64,000 nucleotides of DNA from an uncultured Gammaproteobacteria bacterium (GTDB taxonomy: Bacteria; Patescibacteriota; Patescibacteriia; UBA10025; JAHIVO01), in assembly GCA_964628855.1 (NCBI GenBank), contig CAZVMV010000006.1:4539-68538 (forward strand). The letters are read 5' to 3'. The position numbers and the translations under genes are program-made. Below the pieces are notes generated by a model, which was not told the origin of the DNA, ran no database searches, and was given only the letters and a program-made list of their open reading frames with translations. Below, piece by piece: positions 1 through 8,233 of the stretch. Numbering within the stretch: the stretch's first letter is position 1; each line of letters starts with the position of its first letter.

Positions 1-296
1 TCGCCCCTTTGGGGATCGGAAAACCGGTAAGTAATCTCATCAATGATCAGGTACTCATTGTCATGAAAATTTGGTTCCATCGACGCACCGCGGACATAGA
101 AAGGCTGGAAAAGGAAATACCTGACCGGGATGATGATGGCTAGGGCGATCAGCACAATCTTGACCAGCTCAATAATAAAGCTCCGCGGCGAATCCGCGTA
201 TGAAGGCGGTTTTGGCTGGGAAGTCTTCTGTTCCTGTTTGACCTCCTCTTTGGCTTTTTTATTATCGATATCGTAATCGCTGATCGTCAGCCTCAT
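1..296 (-). CDS. lepB: signal peptidase I, paralog 1 (N-terminal part only; gene runs off the left edge)
   Basis: Manual translation from ATG at 296: MRLTISDYDIDNKKAKEEVKQEQKTSQPKPPSYADSPRSFIIELVKIVLIALAIIIPVRYFLFQPFYVRGASMEPNFHD. It is colinear with the N-terminus of the 306..929 product, including the catalytic-Ser SMEP motif. Confidence 0.8.
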   Translation of the reverse strand, partial: MRLTISDYDIDNKKAKEEVKQEQKTSQPKPPSYADSPRSFIIELVKIVLIALAIIIPVRYFLFQPFYVRGASMEPNFHDNEYLIIDEITYRFSDPQRG

Positions 297-305
297 AATA
301 TTTTT

Positions 306-929
306 TTAATAAGTTGGTGTGGTAAAATGCTGGAATTCGCTGAATGGCCAGACGCGCAACCAAGCCCGGCCGATAATCTGCTTTTTAGTAATTGTGCCAA
401 ACATGCGCGAATCCATACTGACCGGGCGGTTATCCCCCATGACGTAATACATGTCCGGACCGAGTGTCGTGGTTATATTACCATTGGTCAATATGCCGTC
501 CCCTAGATATTTTTCATTTAATTCCTGCCTAACGCCTGACGGCGACACTATATTAACATGCTGGTCCTTCACTTCTACAGTTTCATTCGGCAGACCGATG
601 ACTCGTTTGATCAAGGCCTCGTGAACATTGGGGATCTTTAGCACAACGACGTCACCCCGCTGTGGCTCGGTAAAACGGTAAGTAATTTCGTCGATCAACA
701 AATACTGGTAATCAGAAAAATTTGGCTCCATGGACGCGCCCTCGACATAGTAAGGCTGGAAAAGAAAATACCTTACTGGAATGACTATCACCAGGGCAAT
801 CAGGACAATTTTGACCAATTCAACGATGAATGCCCTGGGCGATTCTGAAAAACCAGGATCCGAGGAAGCGGATTTTTCTTTTTTTGCTTTTTTATTTGAA
901 AAATCGTAATCACCTACTGACAAACGCAT
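306..929 (-). CDS. lepB: signal peptidase I, paralog 2
   Basis: 207 aa with an N-terminal TM anchor. Motifs: GASMEPN (Ser), LIKRVIGLPNE (Lys) and GDNRPVSMDSR. Confidence 0.9.
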   Translation of the reverse strand: MRLSVGDYDFSNKKAKKEKSASSDPGFSESPRAFIVELVKIVLIALVIVIPVRYFLFQPYYVEGASMEPNFSDYQYLLIDEITYRFTEPQRGDVVVLKIPNVHEALIKRVIGLPNETVEVKDQHVNIVSPSGVRQELNEKYLGDGILTNGNITTTLGPDMYYVMGDNRPVSMDSRMFGTITKKQIIGRAWLRVWPFSEFQHFTTPTY

Positions 930-958
930 GATACTTTTTTATTCTGTTATGTGACTCA

Positions 959-1035
959 TGGTGGACGATGAAGGAGTTGAACCTTCGACCTCGGCAATGT
1001 GAATGCCGCGCTCTAACCAACTGAGCTAATCGTCC
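959..1035 (-). tRNA. tRNA-Val (anticodon CAC), CCA encoded
   Basis: Reverse complement is GGACGAT-TA-GCTC..GAGC-G-CGGCA-TTCACAT-TGCCG-AGGTC-GAAGG-TTCAACT-CCTTC-ATCGTCC-A-CCA. The cloverleaf is perfect. Confidence 0.9.
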
Positions 1036-1154
1036 CGAGTAATTGGCAAGATATTAAAAAAACCCAATGAATAGGCACATCATACCACAAATTTACACCC
1101 AAATCAAGTGCCTGACCGGGGTATTAATTATATTAGAGAAGTTAATTAATCGGC

Positions 1155-1862
1155 TTATCTAAACCTTAACTTAAAAACACGCCAAAAACACTCCCACATG
1201 ATACGGATGCTGAATTTCGACGCCCCGCCACGACGCTCCATGAAAGTTATTGGGATTTCAGTTATCCTGAATTTATTTCGGTAAGACCGGTATTTTAACT
1301 CAATCAAAATCACATACCCGATAGCCGCCAATTGACCAAGGCCGATTTTATCAAGCACCCCCTTTCGGAAACAGACATAGCCGGTGGTTAAATCCTTGAT
1401 AGGGACACCAAGCACCAATCTCGCATAAAAATTTCCCAATGCGCTTATGAACCTTCTTGCCCAGCTCCAATTGACGATCCTGCCCCCCGGTACATAACGT
1501 GAGCCTATCACCACATCTGCTTTTTCCATTTTTTGAATAAACTGAGGTATCACTTTTGGGTCGTGAGAAAAATCGGCATCCATGCAAAAAATTAGGTCAG
1601 CCCCTAAAGTTTCAATGGCAAAATGAAATCCTTGAACATAGGCCCGGCCCAATCCCTCCTTCTTCTGGCGGTGCAAAACCTTGATCCGGCCATTCTGTCG
1701 CGCCAATTGGTCGGCGACCTCGCCGGTCCCGTCCGGTGAATTGTCATCTACTATTAAAATTTGCAAATCACTAACCTTCAGAGCAAAAATTTCATTTGTA
1801 ATGCCCGGCAAGTTTTCCCGTTCATTGTAGGTCGGGAGTATTATGACTGTTTTTGTGTCCAT
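1155..1862 (-). CDS. GT2 family polyprenol-phosphate mannosyltransferase-like glycosyltransferase
   Basis: 235 aa. Motifs ILPTYNERENL, IVDDNSPDGT and DADFSHDP resemble Ppm1/DPM1-type synthases. Confidence 0.8.
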   Translation of the reverse strand: MDTKTVIILPTYNERENLPGITNEIFALKVSDLQILIVDDNSPDGTGEVADQLARQNGRIKVLHRQKKEGLGRAYVQGFHFAIETLGADLIFCMDADFSHDPKVIPQFIQKMEKADVVIGSRYVPGGRIVNWSWARRFISALGNFYARLVLGVPIKDLTTGYVCFRKGVLDKIGLGQLAAIGYVILIELKYRSYRNKFRITEIPITFMERRGGASKFSIRIMWECFWRVFKLRFR

Positions 1863-1938
1863 ATAGAATGCCTACAGTATATCTTATAATGTCGGTTTTT
1901 GGCTATTAAAAATATCACAGACAATATCTTTAGCATCT

Positions 1939-1967
1939 TTGACTTATCCCCGTAATTCTATTATAAT
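1939..1967 (+). promoter_or_regulatory. sigma70-type promoter TTGACT-17-TATAAT upstream of the LCP gene
   Basis: TTGACT at 1939..1944, 17-nt spacer, TATAAT at 1962..1967. Confidence 0.55.
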
Positions 1968-2037
1968 TCCACCAGCTCCTCGGCTTGTTTACCGTCACTT
2001 TTTAGTTTATTTTTGCATAATCCACCCCTCACTCCAA

Positions 2038-3552
2038 ATGCCCGACCCGCAGACAGAAAAATTGGCAGACAGCACCCCGGACTCCTCCCCCAAGAAAATA
2101 GATCCTGGCGTCTACCGGACCACCCTGTTGCCCAAACAAAAATCACATCTATTACGCTGGACGCTCATCCTGGTTGCGGTCGTCGTTTTGATCGGCCTGG
2201 CTTTTGGGGTAAAATTCATTTCCGCCATTAACAGCACTAATGCTTCGTCCGGGAAAAAAATAAGTTTCTTCACGCAATTGTCGCATCTTGTCTCAAATCC
2301 CTCAGAAGAACTGAAAGGCGGAAACCAGGATCGGATCAATATCATCCTGGCCGGCATCGGCGGAGCCGGACATGAGGGGGCTTATCTCACTGACACGCTT
2401 ATTTTGGTCAGCATCAAACCGTCAACAAATGAAATTGCCACCATCTCCATACCCCGCGACCTGGTGGTGAATTTCCCAAAATACGGCTGGCGCAAAATCA
2501 ACAACGCGCTGGCTTTTGGCACGGAAATGGATTATCCCGGCGGGGGCGAGGCCCTTCTGACAAAAGTGGTGGGAGACGTCACGGGCTTGCCGATACACTA
2601 CTACGCACGGATAGATTTCGAAGGCTTCAGAAAAGCGATTGACGACCTGGGCGGGATTGACGTATATATCGACAACACTTTCACCGACGCCAGTTACCCC
2701 AACTATTCATACGGCTACCAGACCGTAAAATTTACCAAGGGCTGGGAGCACATGAACGGCGAACGGGCGCTCCAATTCGCTCGGTCGCGGCACGGGTGCT
2801 GTGGCGAGGGCTCGGATTTTGCCAGATCAAAAAGGCAGCAAAAAATATTATTGGCCATGAAAAATAAGTTTTTTTCCATCAATTCCGTGGCCAATCCCTC
2901 ATCGATCGTTTCGGTCCTGAATGACATCGGTACTCATAATGAAACCAACATGGAGGTATGGGAGATGGTTCAGTTTGCAAAAATCGCCAAAGACATAAAC
3001 AAAGACAATATTATCAATATGGTGCTGGATAACAGCGTCCACGGCCTCCTGGTCAGTGCCACTGGTGCAGACGGAGCCTACATCCTCAAACCTAAGGACG
3101 ACGATTACTCCGCCATTCAATCAATGGCAAAAAATATCTTCTCTACCGGACAAATCGTCCATGAAAATGCCCAGATCGAAATCCAGAATGGCACCTCCGA
3201 AACCGGACTGGCCGGCAAAACCGCCGACCGGTTGACTGCATTGAATTATACTGTAGCCAGGATTGCAAATGCGGCAGCGAAAGAGCCGGTAACACAAACA
3301 ACCATCTACGACCTTTCTGGTGGCACTAAGCCATATACGTTGGCTGGCCTGAAAAACACCCTCAACGCAACCTTATCGGCAACTCCCCCAACAGGTTACC
3401 TGAATGTGAACACTACTACCTACAGCAATGCCAATAACAACACCAACACAGCGGAACCGATCGACATTTTAATAATTGTCGGGACTGACCAGTCAGCCAC
3501 CACCACTTCACAGACTGGCCAGACATCTGCCAGCCGCCGCCCTTCGTCATAA
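2038..3552 (+). CDS. LytR-CpsA-Psr (LCP) family cell-envelope protein
   Basis: LCP core RINIILAGIGGAGHEGAYLTDTLILVSI..ISIPRDL, N-terminal TM helix, Asn/Thr-rich tail. Start moved from TTG 1939 (which is the -35 box) to ATG 2038. Confidence 0.85.
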   Translation: MPDPQTEKLADSTPDSSPKKIDPGVYRTTLLPKQKSHLLRWTLILVAVVVLIGLAFGVKFISAINSTNASSGKKISFFTQLSHLVSNPSEELKGGNQDRINIILAGIGGAGHEGAYLTDTLILVSIKPSTNEIATISIPRDLVVNFPKYGWRKINNALAFGTEMDYPGGGEALLTKVVGDVTGLPIHYYARIDFEGFRKAIDDLGGIDVYIDNTFTDASYPNYSYGYQTVKFTKGWEHMNGERALQFARSRHGCCGEGSDFARSKRQQKILLAMKNKFFSINSVANPSSIVSVLNDIGTHNETNMEVWEMVQFAKIAKDINKDNIINMVLDNSVHGLLVSATGADGAYILKPKDDDYSAIQSMAKNIFSTGQIVHENAQIEIQNGTSETGLAGKTADRLTALNYTVARIANAAAKEPVTQTTIYDLSGGTKPYTLAGLKNTLNATLSATPPTGYLNVNTTTYSNANNNTNTAEPIDILIIVGTDQSATTTSQTGQTSASRRPSS

Positions 3553-3557
3553 CGCAT

Positions 3558-4877
3558 ATGAATCATTCATTGCCGCGCGTAGTATTGGCAGGCCGCACCA
3601 ATGCCGGGAAGTCAACCTTGTTTAATACCTTGGCCGGCGAAAAAAATTCCATAGTCTCTCCGATACCGGGGACAACCAGGGACCTAAACGTCAAGCCCAT
3701 AAATTGGCGCGGCTGTATTTTTGAGCTGGTCGATTCAGGGGGGCTAGACGCCGCGATCATCGGTCCGATCGAAAAAAAAGTACAGGCCAAGGCCCAGGAA
3801 GCGATCCAGCATGCCGAGGTCATAATTTTTGTAATTGACAGCCAGCAGGAGTTAACTGCCGTTGATTTTTCCATCGCCAAGTCCATAAAAAAGATGGGGG
3901 CCAAGATTGTCCTAGCCGCCAATAAAGCGGACAATACCCGCCAAAAACAGCGTCTCGCTCCCGAACTTTATAAGCTAGGGCTAGGAGAACCGCTTGCCCT
4001 CTCCGGACTGAATGGGACCGGGACGGGCGATCTTCTGGATAAAGTTGTAAATTTGCTCGAAAAAAATAACTACCAACCCGAAAAAAGTTTTACGAGGGTG
4101 TCAATAATTGGAAAAACAAATGTTGGCAAGTCATCGCTCATAAATGGACTATTGGGCAAAGAATGGGCTATTACTAGCCACCTGCCGCACACCACGCGCG
4201 AGCCTAGGGATACGATAATTGAATCCGACGGAAAAAACATAACACTGGTAGATACGGCCGGCTTGCGAAAACACGAAGCTAAGGCCGGACAAATAGAAAA
4301 AATCAGCGCCATAAAAACGCAAAACGCAATTCGGCGGTCCGATATCACGCTCTTCGTGACCGATGCCACGACGCCTTTATCCAAACAGGACATGTCTATC
4401 GCCCAACTCGCACTTGAATGCCATAATGGTATAATTATTGTGGTCAATAAATGGGACATGATACCGGAAAAAACCCCTCAAACCATGGATCTTTTCATCA
4501 ACCGGTACCAGCATTATTTTCCCTGGTTATCCTGGGCACCAATCATCTTTATTTCGGCACTTCATAAACAACGCCTGCATGACCTGATGAGGCTGATAAT
4601 CTCCGTACAGCAAGCTCGTAACAGGCGTATTCCACAAGAAAACCTGTCAAAAACTCTCGGCCATATCTCACTTCCCCGCGGACGAGTTTCAAACCATCCA
4701 GCCACCAAGCTCACCGGTCTCACCCAGACTGATGTTGACCCGCCGACCTTCATGCTCTATACCAATAGGCGCGATCCCATCAATTCCGCGATAATTAATA
4801 TTGTAGAGAAGCAACTAAGGACCGAATACGATTTCAACGGCACGCCTATTATCATTAACGTGCGAAAACGCAATTAA
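3558..4877 (+). CDS. der: ribosome-associated GTPase Der/EngA
   Basis: 439 aa with two GTPase domains (GRTNAGKST..DSGG..NKAD and GKTNVGKSS..DTAG..NKWD) plus a KH-like C-terminus. Confidence 0.92.
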   Translation: MNHSLPRVVLAGRTNAGKSTLFNTLAGEKNSIVSPIPGTTRDLNVKPINWRGCIFELVDSGGLDAAIIGPIEKKVQAKAQEAIQHAEVIIFVIDSQQELTAVDFSIAKSIKKMGAKIVLAANKADNTRQKQRLAPELYKLGLGEPLALSGLNGTGTGDLLDKVVNLLEKNNYQPEKSFTRVSIIGKTNVGKSSLINGLLGKEWAITSHLPHTTREPRDTIIESDGKNITLVDTAGLRKHEAKAGQIEKISAIKTQNAIRRSDITLFVTDATTPLSKQDMSIAQLALECHNGIIIVVNKWDMIPEKTPQTMDLFINRYQHYFPWLSWAPIIFISALHKQRLHDLMRLIISVQQARNRRIPQENLSKTLGHISLPRGRVSNHPATKLTGLTQTDVDPPTFMLYTNRRDPINSAIINIVEKQLRTEYDFNGTPIIINVRKRN

Positions 4878-4878
4878 T

Positions 4879-5409
4879 ATGATCCTTATCGTAGCACTGG
4901 GTAATCCGGAACCTGAATACGCCGGCACTCGGCACAACTTGGCTGTCGCAGCACTGAAGCCTTTGGCCCTGGATTCCGAAAGCAAATTTGATTCCCTGAT
5001 TTCTAAACCATACCCGCGTTCCGAAGTGCTGCTCGCTTTTCCCCAGACGTTTATGAATGAATCGGGAAAATCGGTTTCCCAGGTAAAAAACTTTTACAAA
5101 ATACCAGACGAAAACATTTGGGTTGTGCATGACGACGTCGACCTGCCATTCGGCACCGTTAGGGTCAGTTTCAATTCTTCCGCCGCCGGCCATCGTGGAG
5201 TCCAATCGGTAATCGAGGCAATTGGAACGCAAAACTTTTGGAGGATCAGAATGGGCATCGGCCGTCCGGCTAATTCCATCCCGACCGACGCATATGTCCT
5301 GCAAAAATTTACGCCTGAAGAAAAAAATAAACTAAATTCAATAACCGATTCAGTTATCGCTCATATTGCCTCATATTTAGGAAAAGGGATATTTGAAGAA
5401 ACTTTTTAA
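4879..5409 (+). CDS. pth: peptidyl-tRNA hydrolase
   Basis: 176 aa. Motifs ALGNPEPEYAGTRHN, FPQTFMNESG and HDDVDLPFG. Confidence 0.9.
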   Translation: MILIVALGNPEPEYAGTRHNLAVAALKPLALDSESKFDSLISKPYPRSEVLLAFPQTFMNESGKSVSQVKNFYKIPDENIWVVHDDVDLPFGTVRVSFNSSAAGHRGVQSVIEAIGTQNFWRIRMGIGRPANSIPTDAYVLQKFTPEEKNKLNSITDSVIAHIASYLGKGIFEETF

Positions 5410-5414
5410 ACAAT

Positions 5415-6488
5415 ATGGATACACAGGAAAAATTAGCGATTGACAAAATACTAAGGCTAGTCGCAGAACAAAAAGCTTCCGACTTACACTTGATGATCGG
5501 GAGCCACCCAGTGATCAGGATGAACAACAAACTTATCACCCTGGAAAATGAGTTGATAATAACCCGCGAATTCATGAGCGGTTTCATCCAAAGCGTCCTC
5601 GATCCTGAACAGTTATCCGCTCTGGAAAAAAACCGGGAAGTGGTACTGGCATACCAATTCCAAAAACAGACTCGTTTCCGTATCAATGTCTTTCACCAAA
5701 AAGGCCAGATCGCCGCATACCTACGCCTCATCGGAAACACGATTATGCCACTGCGGTCTCTGGGCCTGCCCAATATACTAGAATCGATGGCTGAGCTAAA
5801 AAAGGGACTGCTTATTTTTAGCGGCTCCTTTGGTTCTGGTAAAACGACCACTTCGGCCTCTTTGCTCGATTACATCAATAGAAATAGGTCGGCATATATT
5901 TTGACTGTGGAGAAACCGATTGAATACCTATTCAACAACCAAAAAAGCATTATTGAGCAGCGCGAGGTCGGCCGCGACACCAACAGTTTTGAACAAGCCT
6001 TGGCCTATGTCACCCAAGAGGACGTAGATATTGTTTTTTTATCTGAACTGCCTACACCGGCCGTGATACACCAAGTCATGAATATCGCCACATCAGGGCG
6101 GCTGGTTATCGCCAATCTAGAGGCGGATACGATCATTAAAACCCTAGAATTGATGATTAACAGTTTCCCGAAAGACGAACAACAACAAATACGCGAACAA
6201 TTAGCGGCAAACCTAGCAGGGATTGTTTGCCAAAGGCTCGTCCCCCGCCTTGGCGGTGGTCAGGTGGCTGTAGCAGAGATAATGACTTCGACGCCTCCGA
6301 TACAATCTCTCATCAAAGAAGGCTCCCTATTCCAAATCAACAACATCATCCTGACCTCACGGGCAGAGGGCATGGTCTCATTGGACTGGTCGCTGGCAGA
6401 ACTGGTAAAGACAAACGAAGTGCAGTTGGAGGATGCATTACAATATGCGAGCGATCCCCAGCAATTACGCTACATGTTAAGAGTATAA
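5415..6488 (+). CDS. pilT: type IV pilus retraction ATPase PilT-like
   Basis: 357 aa. Walker A GSFGSGKTTT, EQREVGRDT, and Walker B-like DVDIVFLSEL. Confidence 0.8.
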   Translation: MDTQEKLAIDKILRLVAEQKASDLHLMIGSHPVIRMNNKLITLENELIITREFMSGFIQSVLDPEQLSALEKNREVVLAYQFQKQTRFRINVFHQKGQIAAYLRLIGNTIMPLRSLGLPNILESMAELKKGLLIFSGSFGSGKTTTSASLLDYINRNRSAYILTVEKPIEYLFNNQKSIIEQREVGRDTNSFEQALAYVTQEDVDIVFLSELPTPAVIHQVMNIATSGRLVIANLEADTIIKTLELMINSFPKDEQQQIREQLAANLAGIVCQRLVPRLGGGQVAVAEIMTSTPPIQSLIKEGSLFQINNIILTSRAEGMVSLDWSLAELVKTNEVQLEDALQYASDPQQLRYMLRV

Positions 6489-6500
6489 TATTCCAAATAT

Positions 6501-7562
6501 ATGCCATTATTCAATAAAAAGAATGAGGGCTTGATCGGTATAGATTTTGGCTCGGGCGCAATAAAAATCGTTGAACTCGTGAGCAATGGCAGTGCTGTTG
6601 AATTGGTCACATACGGCATGGGAGTGAAAGATCGCGTGACGGTCAAAACCGATGCGGTACGCAATCAAAGGGCTACGGTCGAACAGCTGACACATGTCCT
6701 GAAAGAAGCGCGGGCGAATACTACGCGTGTAGTGGCCGCCCTGCCAGCGGTGAACGTTTTCACGACTGTCATAAGCTTGCCTCAAATGCCGAAAAGCGAG
6801 ATTGAGGATGCCATCAGATGGGAAGCGAAAAAAATGGTCCCTTTACCACTGGAAAAAATGGCCATTGATTGGCATCCGGTACCTTCCGATCCCAGCGACC
6901 CGAAGGGTAAGGATAAAATAAAAATAATCATGACTGCCGCACCGTCAGACGTCATCCAGGGATATTTATCGATGATGAAAATCGCCGGTCTGCAGCTGGT
7001 CGGCTTGGAAACTGAGGCAACCGCCCTCAGGCGGTCATTACTTCCGATGGCCCACGGTTGCCAATTACTTCTGGATATGGGCGCTTCAACGTCAAATGTA
7101 ATAATTTTCGACCAGGGGTTGCCGATCGTCACCCGAAATATCGAAGTCGGCGGAGAAGCGATCAACCGCAACATCGCGAATGCCATGAACATTTCCATCG
7201 AACGCGCTGGCCAGTTCCGGGATGATGTCGGCCTCCCGGCTAATGGAGTCGCATCACACCCCGTCCATCAGGCAATTATATTTGTCGTCGACAACCTCAT
7301 CATTCAGGAACTTTCCCGCGTTTTAAACTCATACCTGATGGGTGGCGGACGGCCAGTAGACCAGATAATGATCGCCGGCGGATGCAGCCACATAAAAAAC
7401 CTCGACATCTACCTGTCGGCTCAGACAAAATTAAAAACCATTGTCGGGGACCCCTGGCAGGAAATTCATTTTCATCCGGAACTGAAACAGAACCTGGACA
7501 AACTGGCGCCGCAGATGGCTGTCGCCATCGGACTTGCGTTAAAAGTAAAAACGCTAAAATAA
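6501..7562 (+). CDS. pilM: type IV pilus assembly protein PilM (actin-like ATPase fold)
   Basis: 353 aa. Motifs GIDFGSGAIKIVEL, DMGASTSNV and IAGGCS. Confidence 0.85.
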   Translation: MPLFNKKNEGLIGIDFGSGAIKIVELVSNGSAVELVTYGMGVKDRVTVKTDAVRNQRATVEQLTHVLKEARANTTRVVAALPAVNVFTTVISLPQMPKSEIEDAIRWEAKKMVPLPLEKMAIDWHPVPSDPSDPKGKDKIKIIMTAAPSDVIQGYLSMMKIAGLQLVGLETEATALRRSLLPMAHGCQLLLDMGASTSNVIIFDQGLPIVTRNIEVGGEAINRNIANAMNISIERAGQFRDDVGLPANGVASHPVHQAIIFVVDNLIIQELSRVLNSYLMGGGRPVDQIMIAGGCSHIKNLDIYLSAQTKLKTIVGDPWQEIHFHPELKQNLDKLAPQMAVAIGLALKVKTLK

Positions 7563-7565
7563 ATC

Positions 7566-7594
7566 TTGACGAAATTAAATTCGGGATGTATATT
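7566..7594 (+). promoter_or_regulatory. promoter TTGACG-17-TATATT for the small ORF at 7636
   Basis: TTGACG at 7566..7571, 17-nt spacer, TATATT at 7589..7594. Confidence 0.5.
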
Positions 7595-7635
7595 GGAATA
7601 CAAATTTCCAAGCTCTTTAGCATTTGGAGGAATCC

Positions 7636-7836
7636 ATGACAGACCAACCAATCGAGCCAAAACCACACCGGATTGGGGTGCGGGCCTCGGCTTCTGGCGA
7701 AGGATGGGACATCCTCATCAACGACGAAGTGGTGAGGCAGCTGATCTCGACCAATGCGCCAGTTGTCACGTCTGACGCACATGGCGTACACTATTCGCAC
7801 GATGGCCAGCTCTATGACATACCTTGGCCCACGTAG
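7636..7836 (+). CDS. small hypothetical protein (66 aa), autonomous unit
   Basis: GGAGG (7626..7630) + 5 nt + ATG. It has its own promoter and terminator. Product MTDQPIEPKPHRIGVRASASGEGWDILINDEVVRQL... is not recognised. Confidence 0.5.
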   Translation: MTDQPIEPKPHRIGVRASASGEGWDILINDEVVRQLISTNAPVVTSDAHGVHYSHDGQLYDIPWPT

Positions 7837-7864
7837 CCAAATATCCAAAATCACATCTTCAGGT

Positions 7865-7888
7865 CCGGATCACCCGATCCGGCTTTTT
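7865..7888 (+). terminator. rho-independent terminator
   Basis: CCGGATC-ACCC-GATCCGG followed by C-TTTTT. Confidence 0.7.
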
Positions 7889-7898
7889 ATTTTTATCT

Positions 7899-8079
7899 AA
7901 AAACAAAAAACCCACTTTACTGCCGCCAAGCGCAAGGTTTTGCAGAAAATCTACAACACCTTAACTTGAGGTTACTGACAAGACGTAGGAGGGGTTGTCT
8001 CGTGGTCACCGCTTGGGTCGGCAGAAAAATGGGTTTTTCCTGCAGTTTTCCACTTGCCAAAAATGTAAAAATGCGTTAA
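7899..8079 (-). ncRNA. candidate ~180-nt structured sRNA (unclassified)
   Basis: A minus-strand promoter at 8086..8114 points into it. A long closing helix pairs 7905..7932 with 8010..8038 (AAAAACCCA/TGGGTTTTT, CTGCCG/CGGCAG, CCAAGCG/CGCTTGG). That helix encloses two hairpins and ends in a T-run on the minus strand. There is no convincing ORF. Confidence 0.3.
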
Positions 8080-8082
8080 TAT
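8054..8082 (+). promoter_or_regulatory. promoter TTGCCA-17-TAATAT directed toward mfd
   Basis: TTGCCA at 8054..8059, 17-nt spacer, TAATAT at 8077..8082. It would leave a ~145-nt leader before the mfd GTG. Confidence 0.45.
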
Positions 8083-8085
8083 AGA

Positions 8086-8114
8086 ATAGTAGCAAATCAG
8101 CCCACCCCTGTCAA
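8086..8114 (-). promoter_or_regulatory. promoter TTGACA-17-TACTAT on the minus strand
   Basis: The reverse complement of 8109..8114 is TTGACA and of 8086..8091 is TACTAT, with a 17-nt spacer. Confidence 0.45.
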
Positions 8115-8233
8115 GGCCTTTTACACGAGCCAGGGAGCGGACTTTGCCGTTCGCGCTTCATATAGTAAACGCCGTCCGGTCATATATTTACCCGCGTGAT
8201 TGGCCGGCCTTTCAAAATATTAAATAGAATACC

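Noticed and set aside
1939-2037. N-terminal extension of the LCP gene from TTG 1939 (ORF-track start).
   Set aside because: The TTG is the first base of a TTGACT-17-TATAAT promoter, so it would lie upstream of the transcript. ATG 2038 (MPDPQTEK) was used instead.
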